A stretch of DNA of 64,000 nt from Clostridia bacterium (GTDB lineage: Bacteria; Bacillota; Clostridia; Oscillospirales; QAMX01): NCBI GenBank assembly GCA_017441705.1, contig JAFRWU010000039.1:182-64181 (forward strand), in the 5' to 3' direction. The notes under the pieces are model-generated. The model was not told the DNA's origin, did no database searches, and was given only the letters and a program-made list of their open reading frames with translations. Below are positions 16,479-26,035 of the stretch, in pieces (positions within the stretch are counted from its first letter, which is position 1; every line of letters starts with the position of its first letter). Both the position numbers and the translations under genes were made by a program.

Positions 16479-17816
16479 TCACGAAAGCGCTTTTTCCACC
16501 GCGCGCATCACCGCAAGCTTTCCGCTTTCGTAGGTCAGGCCGCCCTGCATGTAGAGAAGATAGGGCTCCCGGAGCGGAGCGTCGGCCGAAAGCTCGATGC
16601 TCGCCCCCTGCACGAAAGCGCCGGCGGCCATGATCACCGGATCTGCGTAACCCGGCATAGCCCACGGCTCGCATACGGCGAAGCTGTCCACCGGGGAGGC
16701 CGCCTGGATCCCGCGGCAGAAGGCGATCAGGGGCTCCGGTTTCCCGAAGCGCACCGTCTGAATGATATCCGAACGCATTTCGTCTCCCGCGGGCGCCGTT
16801 TCGAATCCCGCGAGCTTCAAAAGATTCGCCGCGAAGACCATCGTTTTCAGCGCTTGGGCCGTCACGTGCGGCGCGAGGAAAAAGCCCTGGTAGTAAAGCC
16901 GCCACCCCGCCGGGTTCGCGCCGGCTTCCCGTCCGATGCCGGGAACCGTCAGGACCTCCGCGATCCTTTCCACCTGCTCTTTTTTTCCTGCGACGTATCC
17001 GCCGCAGGGGGCGAGCCCGCCGCCCGGATTTTTGATGAGCGATCCCGCGGCGATATCGGCTTCGGCCTCCGGACCGGCCCGGAAATGCAGGGGACGCGGC
17101 CCGCCGCAGCTTTCGCAGCGCGCGCCGAAGGGTTCGTCTGCCTCGGTGAATTCGCCGTAGCAGTTGTCCACCGCCACGATCACGCCGGGCTTCGCGGTCT
17201 TCACCGCGGCTGCGAGGAGGCGGATATCACGCACGGACAGGGTGATCCGGTCGCCGTAGCCCTTGCTTCTCTGGATATAGACCACGTCGGGATCGAATTC
17301 CTTCACCTTCTTTGCGGCGAGAAGGGGGAAATCGGGATCGGGCGCGCCCTGAAAGGGGAGCTCGCCGTAAACGAGACCTTCCCTGCGGAAGGAATCGAGC
17401 GCCTCGGAAAGCGTGTCGTACGGCGCGCCCGTGAGCGAGAGCATCCGCCCGTCCCGGGAAGGCAGGATCCCCCGGAGCATCAGAAGGATGGCGTGGGTGC
17501 CGTTGATGATTTGCGGACGCACCAGGGCGTCTTCGCATCCGAAGGTTTCCGCATAGACCCGGTCCAGCGTGTCCCGGCCCAGGTCGTCGTAGCCGTAGCC
17601 GGTCGAAGGGGCGAAATGGGGAAGGCCCACCCGACAGCGGGCAAAGGCGTCCAGCACGCGTTCGGTATTGGAAAGCGCGATCCTGTCGATCGCGGCGAAA
17701 AGCGGCCGGGAAGCTTCTTCCGCCCGGAGGGCAAGGGTAGAAATCGTTTCGGAAAAAGGCACGGCAGATTCTCCTTTTCGATGAAGATCCGGAAAGAGGC
17801 GGATCGGTTTATACAT
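16479..17816 (-). CDS. Aluminium-resistance / YnbB-like PLP-dependent Cys/Met-metabolism family protein
   Basis: 445 aa. STGYGYDDLGRDTLDRVYAETFGCEDALVRPQIINGTHAI is typical of the Met_gamma_lyase (PF06838) family as I remember it. Confidence 0.7.
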   Translation of the reverse strand: MYKPIRLFPDLHRKGESAVPFSETISTLALRAEEASRPLFAAIDRIALSNTERVLDAFARCRVGLPHFAPSTGYGYDDLGRDTLDRVYAETFGCEDALVRPQIINGTHAILLMLRGILPSRDGRMLSLTGAPYDTLSEALDSFRREGLVYGELPFQGAPDPDFPLLAAKKVKEFDPDVVYIQRSKGYGDRITLSVRDIRLLAAAVKTAKPGVIVAVDNCYGEFTEADEPFGARCESCGGPRPLHFRAGPEAEADIAAGSLIKNPGGGLAPCGGYVAGKKEQVERIAEVLTVPGIGREAGANPAGWRLYYQGFFLAPHVTAQALKTMVFAANLLKLAGFETAPAGDEMRSDIIQTVRFGKPEPLIAFCRGIQAASPVDSFAVCEPWAMPGYADPVIMAAGAFVQGASIELSADAPLREPYLLYMQGGLTYESGKLAVMRAVEKALS

Positions 17817-17870
17817 GGGGAACCGCCTTTCCCGCGCCGCGGGAAAGGCGGGTGATCCCGGGAGGGAAAC

Positions 17871-18452
17871 TCAGTTTTTCCCGGCCTCCTCCAGACCGAG
17901 AGCAAAGGCGCGGAGGTTGACGTCCACGAACTTCGGCGGGACGGTGGCGCGGATGACCGCTTCCCATTCCTCCGGCGTGCCGCCGATGATGGGGGAGGCG
18001 GCGCCGAGCAGAGCCACGTTTGCCGCGCGGACGTTCCCGGCCTTTTCGGCGGCCGATTCGGCGTCGAAGGCGAGGACCTTCAGGTCGTATGCCGCGAGGC
18101 GGGAGGCGATATCGTCCGGATAGACCGCGGCGCCGGTGATCACCGGCATGGGCATGATTCTCTGGGTGGAATATACCAGGGTACCGCCCTTTTTCAGGGT
18201 GTGTGCGTACCGGAGCGCCTCCAGCGCTTCAAAGGAGATCACCAGGTCGGCCTCGCCGTCCGAGACCATGGGGGAGGAGATCTCGTCGCCCGCGCGCACG
18301 TACGTGACCACGCTTCCGCCCCGCTGGGACATGCCGTGCACCTCCGAAAGCTTGCAGTCGAGTCCCTGGGAGAGGAAGAGCGCGCCGAGGATCCGGCTGG
18401 CCAGGAGCGAGCCCTGCCCGCCGACGCCGACGATCAGAATGTCCTTTTTCAT
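17871..18452 (-). CDS. iorB: Indolepyruvate:ferredoxin oxidoreductase subunit beta
   Basis: MKKDILIVGVGGQGSLLASRILG…. There is an ATGA start/stop overlap with iorA, and GGAGGA upstream. The track ORF start 18647 lies inside iorA. Confidence 0.85.
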   Translation of the reverse strand: MKKDILIVGVGGQGSLLASRILGALFLSQGLDCKLSEVHGMSQRGGSVVTYVRAGDEISSPMVSDGEADLVISFEALEALRYAHTLKKGGTLVYSTQRIMPMPVITGAAVYPDDIASRLAAYDLKVLAFDAESAAEKAGNVRAANVALLGAASPIIGGTPEEWEAVIRATVPPKFVDVNLRAFALGLEEAGKN

Positions 18453-20185
18453 GCGTTCTGTCCTCCTTCGATGGCGCCGAAGGGGCAAAGCTTTTCGCAG
18501 AGCCCGCATCCGACGCAGAGCGTGCGGTCGATGGATGCGCCGGTCTCTTTGGAGAAGAGGACCGCAGGGCAGCCGATCGACATGCATTTCCGGCATTTCC
18601 GGCACTTGTCCGGATCGACCGTGAGCGGCGGCAGCCGCTTGACCCATTTGAGAAGGGCGCAGGGACGCTTCACGATGACGACCGAGGGTTCTCCGGCGGA
18701 AAGCTCTTCCCGCAGGATCGCTTCGGCCTTGTCGAGATCGTAGGGATCCACGGTGGAGACGCGCCTGACGCCGACGGCGTGACAGAGCGCTTCCAGATCC
18801 AGAGCGTGGGTCGGCTGATTCTGCAGGGTCAGGCCGGTGCAGGGGTTCTGCTGGTGCCCGGTCATGCCGGTGATGGAGTTGTCAAGGATCAGGACCGTGA
18901 CGTTGGAACGGTTGTAGACCGCGTTGATCAAGCCCGTGATGCCGGAATGGACGAAGGTGGAATCGCCGATCACCGCCACCGTCTTGTCTTCCATGGAAGG
19001 ATCGGCGGTCAGGAAGCCGTGCAGACCGCTGACCGATTCGCCCATGTCGATGGTGGAATCGACCGAAGCGAGGGGAGCCTGAGCGCCCAGGGTGTAACAC
19101 CCGATGTCGCCCGAAACGGTCAGCTTCATTTTGTGCAGGACGTAGAAGATCCCGCGGTGCGGGCATCCGGGGCAGAGCACCGGCGGCCGGACCGGGATCG
19201 CGGCGGGAGACGGAACGGGAGGATCCTCGCCGAGGATCGCCTTCCGGATCATGGCGGGGGTGTATTCGCCGCAGAGGGAGAAGAGCGCCTTGCCCTCGCA
19301 GGCGATGCCCGCGGCGCGGCAGAAATCCTCGATAAAGGGATCCAGCTCCTCGATCACGTAGAGCTTTTCCACCGTGGCGGCAAAGGCGCGGATCTCTTCG
19401 GCGTTGAGGGGATAGACCATGCCGAGCTTCAGGTAGCTCGCCCTGTCGCCCAGCGCCTCGCGGGCGTACTGGAAGGCGATGCCGGCGGCGATCACGCCGA
19501 TCCTTCCGGATCCGGGGATCACCCGGTTCAGTCCGGAGGAGGCCGCGTATGCCGCAAGCTTCTTCGTCCGTTCCTCCACGATCCGGTGGCGCGGACGGGC
19601 CATGGCGGGCATCATCACGTATTTCGCGACGTTCTTTTCGTAGGGCTTTTTGGGGGGAAGGACGCGTTCCTCCTCCTCCACAAGGCTCTGGGAATGGGCC
19701 ACGCGGGTGCTGGTGCGCAGAAAGACCGGCGTGTCGAACGTCTCGCTGATCTCGTAGGCAAGCTTCGCATAATCCCGGCATTCGGCCGAGTCGGAAGGCT
19801 CCAGCATGGGGATCTTCGCGCCCTTGGCGTGGTTGCGGCTGTCCTGCTCGTTCTGGGAGGAATGCATCCCCTGGTCGTCGGCCACCGCCACCACCATGCC
19901 GCCGTTGACGCCGGTGTAGGAGACCGAATAGAGAAGATCGGCCGCCACGTTCAGCCCCACGTGCTTCATGGCGCTGAAGGAACGCGCGCCGGCCAGGCTC
20001 GCGCCGAAGGCCGCTTCGCAGGCCACCTTTTCGTTGGGGGCCCATTCGGCGTGAACGCCCTCGTATCCCGAGAAATACTCGGTGATTTCCGTGGAAGGAG
20101 TGCCCGGGTAACTGGAGGCGAAGGTCACGCCGGCCTCATACAGACCGCGTGCCGCCGCTTCGTTGCCCAGCATCAGTTTTTTCAT
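18449..20185 (-). CDS. iorA: Indolepyruvate:ferredoxin oxidoreductase subunit alpha
   Basis: MKKLMLGNEAAARGLYEAGVTFASSYPGTPSTEI, a TPP-binding region, and C-terminal 2x[4Fe-4S] motifs (CRKCRKCMSIGCP, CVGCGLCEKLCP). The start could instead be at 20197. Confidence 0.88.
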   Translation of the reverse strand: MKKLMLGNEAAARGLYEAGVTFASSYPGTPSTEITEYFSGYEGVHAEWAPNEKVACEAAFGASLAGARSFSAMKHVGLNVAADLLYSVSYTGVNGGMVVAVADDQGMHSSQNEQDSRNHAKGAKIPMLEPSDSAECRDYAKLAYEISETFDTPVFLRTSTRVAHSQSLVEEEERVLPPKKPYEKNVAKYVMMPAMARPRHRIVEERTKKLAAYAASSGLNRVIPGSGRIGVIAAGIAFQYAREALGDRASYLKLGMVYPLNAEEIRAFAATVEKLYVIEELDPFIEDFCRAAGIACEGKALFSLCGEYTPAMIRKAILGEDPPVPSPAAIPVRPPVLCPGCPHRGIFYVLHKMKLTVSGDIGCYTLGAQAPLASVDSTIDMGESVSGLHGFLTADPSMEDKTVAVIGDSTFVHSGITGLINAVYNRSNVTVLILDNSITGMTGHQQNPCTGLTLQNQPTHALDLEALCHAVGVRRVSTVDPYDLDKAEAILREELSAGEPSVVIVKRPCALLKWVKRLPPLTVDPDKCRKCRKCMSIGCPAVLFSKETGASIDRTLCVGCGLCEKLCPFGAIEGGQNA

Positions 20186-20244
20186 AGTCAAGACCATGCC
20201 TTTCCGGGGCGGGAATCCGCCGCAATACAAAACGTCCGCGCCGG

Positions 20245-20275
20245 AAAAAGAGAGTCCCGGGAATGATCCCGGGAC
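20245..20275 (-). promoter_or_regulatory. Terminator-like hairpin within the iorAB leader (candidate attenuator)
   Basis: On the minus strand GTCCCGGGA-TCAT-TCCCGGGAC (9-bp stem) is followed by TCTCTTTTT. It lies about 60 nt upstream of the iorA start. Confidence 0.5.
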
Positions 20276-20354
20276 GAAGAATCGCGGCGCGTGGATGCGG
20301 AGGGAAAAGAAACGCATTTCCCTTCCGCGGTTGGATCGGGGATCGCTTTTTCTG

Positions 20355-20383
20355 AGTATAGCACAAACCGGAGACGGTGTAAA
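20355..20383 (-). promoter_or_regulatory. iorAB promoter
   Basis: On the minus strand: TTTACA (20383-20378), 17 nt, TATACT (20360-20355). Confidence 0.6.
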
Positions 20384-20403
20384 GAGAAAATGTCTTCCGC
20401 CGG

Positions 20404-20442
20404 GAAAAAGAAACGCGCCGGAGGGACCCTCCCTCCGGCGCG
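20404..20442 (-). terminator. Intrinsic terminator of the DUF3810 gene
   Basis: A 12-bp stem pairs 20414-20425 with 20431-20442. On the minus strand it is followed by TTTCTTTTTC. Confidence 0.8.
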
Positions 20443-20453
20443 CCGAAACGAAC

Positions 20454-21545
20454 TCATCCGGCCTTTTTCTCCCGGTAGGCAAGCAGCCAGTCCACCACCT
20501 TGCCGTAGGATTTCACCCCGTCGTTTTCGCCGTTGATCACGAGATAGGCGTTGTTGATCGAATCGGCCACGTCGGCGGTTTTCCCCTCGTACTGCTTCCA
20601 GTGATCGTAATAGGCGTTGATATCCGCCCGGACCTTTTTCGAAAGGCCGGCGGTCACCCGGTCGTAGGCTTCGCGATCGGCGCTCCGGAGCTTGGGAAGC
20701 GTGTAAAGAAGCCCCATATAGACCGAGGAATACCGGTAAAAGGGATCCTTGCATTCGTAAAGGATCATGAAGGCGTAGGCGTTCGCCTCGTCTTCGGCGG
20801 TCACGCCCCAGCGGTGCATCAGCTCGTGAGCCATGGTGAAGGGAAGAGCGACGGTCAGGTCGTTTTTGTTGACGTTGGCCTCCCCGGTGAAGGGGGAGAA
20901 GAAGCCGGTGATGTTGGTATAGGACATGGGCTTCGAGGCCAGCACGTATTTGGGCGGCGCCTGCTCGACGCCGGTGTAGGCGGAAACGATCGAGGCGACG
21001 TTGTCCGCCGTTTCGACGAACCACTTTTCATCGGGCGGCGCGACGTCGTATTGGAGCTCCGCGGAGAGCGCGTTCGCCTCCTCCCCCAGGGAAGCGCACA
21101 GAGCTTCCAGCTCGGAAACCGGCCGCTTTTTGACCGTCAGGCCGAGAGAGGAGATGCGGGGCTCGGCGGCGTACAGTCCGCCGAAAAGCGCCTCGAACAT
21201 CAGGAACAGCACCGACGCGAAGAGCGCGATCGAGGTGAACCACGCGAAAAGGCGGCGGAGCCGCCCCTCTTCGGTGATCATCCGGAACACCAGCCCGACG
21301 ATCCCGATCAGGATCGTCATGACCAGCACGTAGAGCAGGACCTCCGCGGCCGAAAAAGGCAGGAGAGCGAAAAAGGAGGAAAGCGTGCCGAGAATATGAC
21401 CGGCCAGAGGCCGGAGCTTTCCGGCGCCGAAGTCCGCCGGGCTCCAGCGGCAGGCCCAGAGAATCAGGAGCGCCGCCCCCGCGAAAAAGAGAGCGAGGAA
21501 GAGCTTGTAAAAGCTGTATTTCAACGCGTGTCGTTTGTGCTGCAT
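20454..21545 (-). CDS. DUF3810-like membrane metalloprotease-fold protein
   Basis: N-terminal TM helices and the motif HELMHRWGVTAEDEANAYAF (HExxH). The ATG at 21545 (MQHKRHALKYSFYKLF…) was chosen over the upstream GTG. Confidence 0.65.
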   Translation of the reverse strand: MQHKRHALKYSFYKLFLALFFAGAALLILWACRWSPADFGAGKLRPLAGHILGTLSSFFALLPFSAAEVLLYVLVMTILIGIVGLVFRMITEEGRLRRLFAWFTSIALFASVLFLMFEALFGGLYAAEPRISSLGLTVKKRPVSELEALCASLGEEANALSAELQYDVAPPDEKWFVETADNVASIVSAYTGVEQAPPKYVLASKPMSYTNITGFFSPFTGEANVNKNDLTVALPFTMAHELMHRWGVTAEDEANAYAFMILYECKDPFYRYSSVYMGLLYTLPKLRSADREAYDRVTAGLSKKVRADINAYYDHWKQYEGKTADVADSINNAYLVINGENDGVKSYGKVVDWLLAYREKKAG

Positions 21546-21724
21546 GTCGGATCCTTTCGGAAAGGGACGGACGGTCCGCGGCGAAACGGAACGCCCGTCC
21601 GCGTAGTTTTCACTTCTTCTGTATTGTAGCACGGAACGGAGAATTATGCAAGCGACAAGCGGGAACGGCGCATAAACGGAGGGGAAAACGCCAAAGATAA
21701 GGAAAAACGGAGAGGAGACGAACC

Positions 21725-23119
21725 GTGACCGAACACACGATGGCGGCGGCCGCCTTTGAAAAGAGGGTCAATTACGGAAGATCCTACGACGTTTTCCGGC
21801 GGGAATTCCTGGCGGGAGGCAGAGAGTGCGTGCTCTACATGATCGACGGGAACACCGATCAAGACGAGATCGCTCTGCTTCTCACACGCCTGATGGCCTG
21901 CCCCGCGCCGGAAGGAGGAGGCAAAAGGGAGGTCCGGGAGATCCTCGGGAGCTTTATGCCGTTCGGGGAGATCAAGCCGCTTCCGGATCCGGATCAGGCG
22001 GTCGCGTCCTTCCTTTCGGGGGTTCCGGTGCTCTTTCTGGAGGGATACGGCGCTCTGATGGTGGACGCACGGAACATCCCGCAAAGGAAAAGCACCGAGC
22101 CCGACAAGGAACGCACCCTGCGTGGCTCCCACGACGGATTCGTGGAGATCCTTTCGATCAACAGCGCGCTGCTGCGCCGCCGGATTCACAGCGAGGATCT
22201 GGTGATCGAGGACCTGAAGGCGGGGAAGACCTTCAAAAGCGACGTTCTGGTCTGCTATATGCGGGGAAGAGCCGACGAAGCGTACGTGGAAAGCCTCCGG
22301 AAAAGGATCGCCGCCTGCGGTTCGGAGGGGCTGGTGATGAATCAGGAATCGCTTGCGGAGTATCTGGTGAAGCAGCGCTTCTGGAACCCTTTTCCCAAGG
22401 TGCGCCAGACCGAAAGGCCCGATATGGCGGCGGCGGCGATCCTGGAGGGTCACGTGGTGGTGCTGGCGGACAACGCCTCCACCGGGATGATCCTGCCCGC
22501 CCGGTTCATCGACTTTTTCAAGGAAGCCAACGATTACTGCTTCCCGCCGTTCATCGGCTCGTATTACCGCTGGATCCGTCTCCTGATGATTTTCACGGCG
22601 GTGTTCCTGACGCCGCTTGCGCTTCTGGCGAATTACAACCGGGAGGCTCTTTCCCCTGCGTGGGATTTCATTCTCGTCGACAAGGCGGCGGAGATCCCGC
22701 TGTATCTGCAGTTCCTGCTTTACGAGTTCATGCTCGGCGTGCTCCGGCTCAGCGCCCTGAACACGCCGCACAACGTGGGAACGGTCATGTCGATCGTCAT
22801 CGGCGCGGTGGTGGGGGAATTCGCGGTCAGCGCGGGCTGGGCGTCCCCGGAGGTCGTCTATCTGATGTCCTTTGTGTCGGTCAGCGTCTACGCACAGCAG
22901 AATCTGGAGCTGGGGTACGCTCTGAAATTCATGCGGATCCTTCTTCTGACCTCCGTCGCTCTGGGCGGACTCGGGGGTTTTCTTTTCTCCGCGTCCCTGC
23001 TGTTTCTCGGAACGGCGCGGATGAAGACCGACGACGGGAAACCCTATCTCGCCCCGCTCTTCCCCTTCCGGCCGAAAGAGCTTTCGCCGCTTTTCAAAAG
23101 AAGCCGCATCAAAAGATGA
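21725..23119 (+). CDS. Spore germination protein, GerA / SpoVAF family
   Basis: FLSGVPVLFLEGYGALMVDARNIPQRKSTEPDKERTLRGSHDGFVE…, followed by a C-terminal multi-TM region. No adjacent GerB/GerC genes. Confidence 0.8.
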   Translation: MTEHTMAAAAFEKRVNYGRSYDVFRREFLAGGRECVLYMIDGNTDQDEIALLLTRLMACPAPEGGGKREVREILGSFMPFGEIKPLPDPDQAVASFLSGVPVLFLEGYGALMVDARNIPQRKSTEPDKERTLRGSHDGFVEILSINSALLRRRIHSEDLVIEDLKAGKTFKSDVLVCYMRGRADEAYVESLRKRIAACGSEGLVMNQESLAEYLVKQRFWNPFPKVRQTERPDMAAAAILEGHVVVLADNASTGMILPARFIDFFKEANDYCFPPFIGSYYRWIRLLMIFTAVFLTPLALLANYNREALSPAWDFILVDKAAEIPLYLQFLLYEFMLGVLRLSALNTPHNVGTVMSIVIGAVVGEFAVSAGWASPEVVYLMSFVSVSVYAQQNLELGYALKFMRILLLTSVALGGLGGFLFSASLLFLGTARMKTDDGKPYLAPLFPFRPKELSPLFKRSRIKR

Positions 23120-23195
23120 GAACCGCCGGCCCGGCGACCTCCCCGCGGAGGACGACCGGGCCGGCGGCATCGTCTTTGAAAAAGGAACGGAACAT

Positions 23196-24443
23196 TCAGC
23201 CGAGGAACGCGCCGTTTTCTTTCAGGATCCGCTGGATTTCGGCGGTGTCCGCTTCGTAAACGGGTTTCCCGCTCTTGAAGGACACCGCGGCGCCGACGCC
23301 CGCGGCTTCGCCGGTGGAGGCGCAGATCGGCATGATGCGGATCGAAGCCTGCGCTTCGTGAGTGGCCGAAAGGCATCGCCCGGCCACCAGCAGGTTCTCG
23401 ACGCCCCGGGGCACGAGGCACCGGTAGGGGATGGTGTAATAGGTCCCGGCGGGGAAGTAATAATGGCTGGTGCCGGACCCCTCCGGATTGTGGATGTCGA
23501 TGTCGTAATTGCCCGCGGCGATCGCGTCGGGGAAGCGGGTGCAGGCCTTCAGCTCTTCGGCGGTGAGGACGTGCAGACCGTCGATCATGCGGCTTTCCCG
23601 CACGCCGATGGCGGGAGCGGAGAAGGCGATCTCGGCGTTTTCAAAGCCGGGGATGTTTTCCTTCAGGAAGCGGAACAGCTCGAACATCTGCTCCCTGGCG
23701 TCGGTTTCGGCCCGGGAAAGATCGAAGGGATCGGTGGGATTGAGCTTCACCACCCGCGTGGAGTTGAAATGCAGGACGCCGGGGACCAGATTGTCGAAGA
23801 TCAGAACGTTTTCCCGGATGTTTTTGATTTTGCCCTCGGCCTGGAAGCGGTTGTAGAGCGGATTGATCTCGCTCCTGTGCTGCCTGAAGGCCTCTTTGTC
23901 GACGCCGGCGACCCGGAAGCAGAGGGTCATGGGCTGGCAGAGTGAATCGGCCTCCCGCCCCAGGCGGAAGGGACAGCCGGCAAGAAACGCCAGATCCGCG
24001 TCTCCGGTGGCATCGACGTACCGGTCGGCCTCCAGCGCGAAGGAGCCGGATTTGCCGGAGAAGGTGAGGGAAAGGATCTTTCCGCCCTCCCGCCGGACGC
24101 CGGTGAGGAGCGCGTGGAAAAGGACGTCCACCCCGGCCTCGCGCGTCATGCGGTCCAGGATCAGCTTCAGGTACTCCTCGTGAAAAACGTCTCCGCGGAT
24201 GGCGCCTTCGGCTTTCAGACGCTCCACGATGGTTTTGAAAAGACCGCGGGTCAATTCCAGCCTTTCACCGTTCACCGCGGTGGAGTAGGGCATGAAGGGG
24301 TTGACGAGATTGCAGGCGGCCGCGCCGCCGAGACAGCCGCCCGCTTCGACGAGCAGTACCGAAAGCCCCTCCCGCGCCGCGGCGATGGCCGCCGTCACGC
24401 CGGTGAAGCCGCCTCCGGTCACCAGAAGATCGTATCGCTTCAT
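23196..24443 (-). CDS. FAD-dependent oxidoreductase (PF12831-like)
   Basis: N-terminal Rossmann motif MKRYDLLVTGGGFTGVTAAIAAAREG. Confidence 0.8.
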   Translation of the reverse strand: MKRYDLLVTGGGFTGVTAAIAAAREGLSVLLVEAGGCLGGAAACNLVNPFMPYSTAVNGERLELTRGLFKTIVERLKAEGAIRGDVFHEEYLKLILDRMTREAGVDVLFHALLTGVRREGGKILSLTFSGKSGSFALEADRYVDATGDADLAFLAGCPFRLGREADSLCQPMTLCFRVAGVDKEAFRQHRSEINPLYNRFQAEGKIKNIRENVLIFDNLVPGVLHFNSTRVVKLNPTDPFDLSRAETDAREQMFELFRFLKENIPGFENAEIAFSAPAIGVRESRMIDGLHVLTAEELKACTRFPDAIAAGNYDIDIHNPEGSGTSHYYFPAGTYYTIPYRCLVPRGVENLLVAGRCLSATHEAQASIRIMPICASTGEAAGVGAAVSFKSGKPVYEADTAEIQRILKENGAFLG

Positions 24444-24647
24444 CTTGAAATCCTCCCTTCCCGGCGCCTTGCGCCGGGAAAACTTGACGGATCCAGTATA
24501 CCACGTTTTTCCGGATTTGTCACGGCCTCCGCGGCGCTTTCCGGCCCGGACGGCGCCGGCTCCGGCGCGGGGGGAGGACGGGCGGGGGAAGGCCTGCGCA
24601 GACCGGGTCCCGGGAAAAACTTCCGCCCCGGAAACGCGAAAAAAGGC

Positions 24648-24676
24648 TTGTATTTCTTTCTGCTTTATATTATAAT
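24648..24676 (+). promoter_or_regulatory. Candidate hydrogenase operon promoter
   Basis: TTGTAT (24648-24653), 17 nt, TATAAT (24671-24676). It lies about 58 nt upstream of hydC. Confidence 0.55.
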
Positions 24677-24734
24677 GAATAAAGTACCCCGCGAAAGAAT
24701 CAACCCCATCGACAAAGAGTTAGGAGGAACAAAC

Positions 24735-25211
24735 ATGACTCTCACCGAAGAAGAAAAGCAGCAGAAATACGCAGAGCTTGCCGCTTACATCGATGAGCAC
24801 AAAAACGAGAAGGGCCCCCTGATGCCCATCATGCAGAAGGCGCAGGAGCTTTTCACCTATCTGTCTCTGGAGACCCAGGTCTTTATCGCCGACCGCGTCG
24901 GCGTTCCGGTCACCGACGTTTACGGCGTCGCGACCTTCTATTCGCAGTTCTCCCTGAAACCGAAGGGCGATTACATCATCAGCGTCTGCCTCGGCACCGC
25001 CTGCTACGTCAAGGGCTCCCAGGACGTTCTGAACGAAGTGAAAAAGATCCTCGGCATCGAAGCCGGCGAAACCACCGACGACGGGAAATTCACCATTCAG
25101 GACACCCGCTGCCTCGGCTGCTGCGGTCTGGCCCCGGTCATGACCATCAACGATAAAGTATACGGCAGACTGGTCCCCGCCGACGTGAAGGGCATTCTCG
25201 CCTCCTATTGA
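24735..25211 (+). CDS. hydC: NuoE-like [2Fe-2S] subunit of NADH-dependent [FeFe] hydrogenase
   Basis: CLGTACYVKG … CLGCCGLAPV thioredoxin-like 2Fe-2S motif. AGGAGG lies 8 nt upstream of ATG 24735. The track ORF start 24114 is antisense to the FAD oxidoreductase gene. Confidence 0.9.
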   Translation: MTLTEEEKQQKYAELAAYIDEHKNEKGPLMPIMQKAQELFTYLSLETQVFIADRVGVPVTDVYGVATFYSQFSLKPKGDYIISVCLGTACYVKGSQDVLNEVKKILGIEAGETTDDGKFTIQDTRCLGCCGLAPVMTINDKVYGRLVPADVKGILASY

Positions 25212-25232
25212 CCGGACGTCCGGTTTGAACCT

Positions 25233-25580
25233 ATGAAGATTTCTGAAGTCAAAGAGCTTCTCGACGCAGAGGTCCTCTGCTGCGAAGAGGATCTGGAGAC
25301 CGAGCTGTGCTCAGCTTGCGGCTGCGACATGATGAGCGACGTCCTGGCTTACGTGAAGAATCAGGCCGTACTCCTGACCGGGCTTGTGAACCCCCAGGTG
25401 ATCAAGACCGCGGAGATGATGGACATGCGGTGCATCGTCTTCGTGCGGAGCAAGCGCCCCACCGAAGACATGCTCCGTCTTGCCGCGGAAACCGATCTGG
25501 TCCTGCTCGCTACCCGGTTCACTCTGTTTGAAGCCTGCGGAAGACTGTATCTCAACGGACTGCGCGGCGAAGTGAACTGA
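25233..25580 (+). CDS. DRTGG domain protein (copy 1)
   Basis: 115 aa: …SDVLAYVKNQAVLLTGLVNPQVIKTAEMMDMRCIVFVRSKRP…. This resembles the small DRTGG proteins found in hydrogenase loci. Confidence 0.65.
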   Translation: MKISEVKELLDAEVLCCEEDLETELCSACGCDMMSDVLAYVKNQAVLLTGLVNPQVIKTAEMMDMRCIVFVRSKRPTEDMLRLAAETDLVLLATRFTLFEACGRLYLNGLRGEVN

Positions 25581-25594
25581 AAGGGGGAGAAGAC

Positions 25595-26020
25595 GTGGCA
25601 GAAGCGATAACTTTCCACTACGACGTCGACGGAGAAAACTTCACCTCCGCCGGAAACGCCTCGGTGCAGGTGAAGAGAAAGCTCCGCCAACTCGGATTTC
25701 CCCCGGAGATCATCAAGCGCGTGTCCATCGCCATGTACGAAGGCGAGATCAACATGGTCATCCACGCCAGCGGCGGGAGCGCCGACGTCACCGTGACGCC
25801 CGAGGAGGTCAGGATCGTCCTGACCGACCACGGCCCCGGCATCGCCGACGTGGCGCTTGCGATGCGGGAAGGGTATTCCACCGCCCCGGACAACATCCGT
25901 TCGCTCGGATTCGGCGCGGGCATGGGGCTTCCCAATATGAAGCGGTATACCGACACCATGGAGATCGACACCGAAGTGGGGCGCGGCACGACCATTACCA
26001 TGACCGTGAAGGTCGCCTGA
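25595..26020 (+). CDS. RsbW/SpoIIAB-like serine kinase / anti-sigma-type HATPase protein
   Basis: 141 aa. The motifs DHGPGI and LGFGAGMGLPNMKRYTD (G-boxes) are typical of a GHKL ATPase. GTG start follows GGGGGAG. Confidence 0.7.
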   Translation: MAEAITFHYDVDGENFTSAGNASVQVKRKLRQLGFPPEIIKRVSIAMYEGEINMVIHASGGSADVTVTPEEVRIVLTDHGPGIADVALAMREGYSTAPDNIRSLGFGAGMGLPNMKRYTDTMEIDTEVGRGTTITMTVKVA

Positions 26021-26035
26021 CGGAGCGGTAACGAT

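Noticed and set aside
24114-24734. 5' extensions of track ORFs for hydC (24114), hydA (30934), the amidase (58721), iorA (20482), iorB (18647), L21 (16354), the GH31 enzyme (56968), hpf (45951), the MATE pump (46545) and others.
   Set aside because: The extensions overlap neighbouring genes or promoters and have low-complexity translations. Internal starts with an RBS give N-termini matching the expected family N-termini.
24444-24734. A Rex (redox repressor) operator upstream of the hydrogenase operon.
   Set aside because: I found no TTGTGAA-N4-TTCACAA-like palindrome by eye. A position-weight-matrix scan would be needed to be sure.
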